In this document: piece by piece, positions 63,795-64,000 of the stretch
How the letters are laid out: each line of letters starts with the position of its first letter
Numbering within the stretch: the first letter of the stretch is position 1
IMG/VR virus record: IMGVR_UViG_3300038829_000263
Location: 79,220-143,219 of that record
Length of the DNA stretch: 64,000 nucleotides
Reading direction: 5' to 3' (one strand)
Source of the DNA: a virus
Position numbers and translations under genes: made by a program
The notes under the pieces: generated by a model
What the model saw: only the letters and a program-made list of their open reading frames with translations
Database searches by the model: none
What the model was told of the DNA's origin: nothing

Positions 63795-64000
63795 GCGACG
63801 AGGACGAGGTCGCGGCCATGGACGACCGCGAGCTGATGGAGACCTTGGCCGAGATCGACGAGGGTCTATCCGACTCGGACGTGGACTTCGTCGACAGCCT
63901 GGCCAAGCAGGTGCTCGACCGGAATAAGCTCCTCTCCACGAAACAGCGGCCGATAGCCGAGAAGATCCTGCTGCGGTACTGGGAGGAGCACGGTCGATGA
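63791..64000 (+). CDS. Small acidic hypothetical protein
   Basis: ATGA overlap; DFVDSL..LSTKQ; TGA at 63998-64000. Confidence 0.7.
   Translation: MSDEDEVAAMDDRELMETLAEIDEGLSDSDVDFVDSLAKQVLDRNKLLSTKQRPIAEKILLRYWEEHGR

Larger units (their letters stand above)
1..64000 (+). mobile_element. T4-like myovirus (phage/prophage) genome segment: morphogenesis module plus start of replication module
   Basis: Co-oriented, tightly packed genes for prohead protease, gp23-type capsid, neck, sheath, tube, baseplate, fibres, DnaB/DnaC; no host housekeeping genes. Confidence 0.95.

Noticed and set aside
1-64000. tRNA/rRNA genes, CRISPR arrays, stop-codon reassignment
   Set aside because: None recognised by eye; genes are intact under the standard code and TAG, TGA and TAA all act as stops

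Overview
This is a 64-kb segment of a very GC-rich (roughly 70% by eye) contractile-tailed (myovirus-type) bacteriophage or prophage with a T4-like virion architecture. Almost all genes are on the + strand. In order: a UvrD/PcrA helicase; accessory virion/fibre genes; two giant mosaic head-region proteins (1570 and ~1075 aa); a T4 gp21-type prohead protease fused to a long scaffold/cargo extension; a gp23-type major capsid protein; neck, sheath, tube, chaperone, tape measure, baseplate, spike and tail-fibre genes; a lipoprotein/phospholipase A2/2OG-oxygenase cluster; and the start of a replication module (family-4 UDG, DnaC-like loader, DnaB). Three free-standing homing endonucleases are present. 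I could not recognise a portal, terminase, integrase, endolysin, tRNA or CRISPR array. Best leads: (1) the giant head-region proteins look like polyproteins of small unrelated domains joined at [LIVM]-x-E sites, which the prohead protease could cut into many packaged effectors; (2) an 18-bp palindrome TTTCCCGGCGCCRGGAAA is dispersed across the window, inside unrelated genes; (3) a promoter/anti-RBS hairpin switch precedes the LAGLIDADG gene; (4) one beta-rich module recurs in capsid, sheath and baseplate; (5) a stand-alone half-Hint-like mini gene; (6) a candidate +1 frameshift in the tail chaperone; (7) an apparent ATC start and a Zn-finger-like insert in DnaB. All family calls come from motif recognition by eye, not from database searches.
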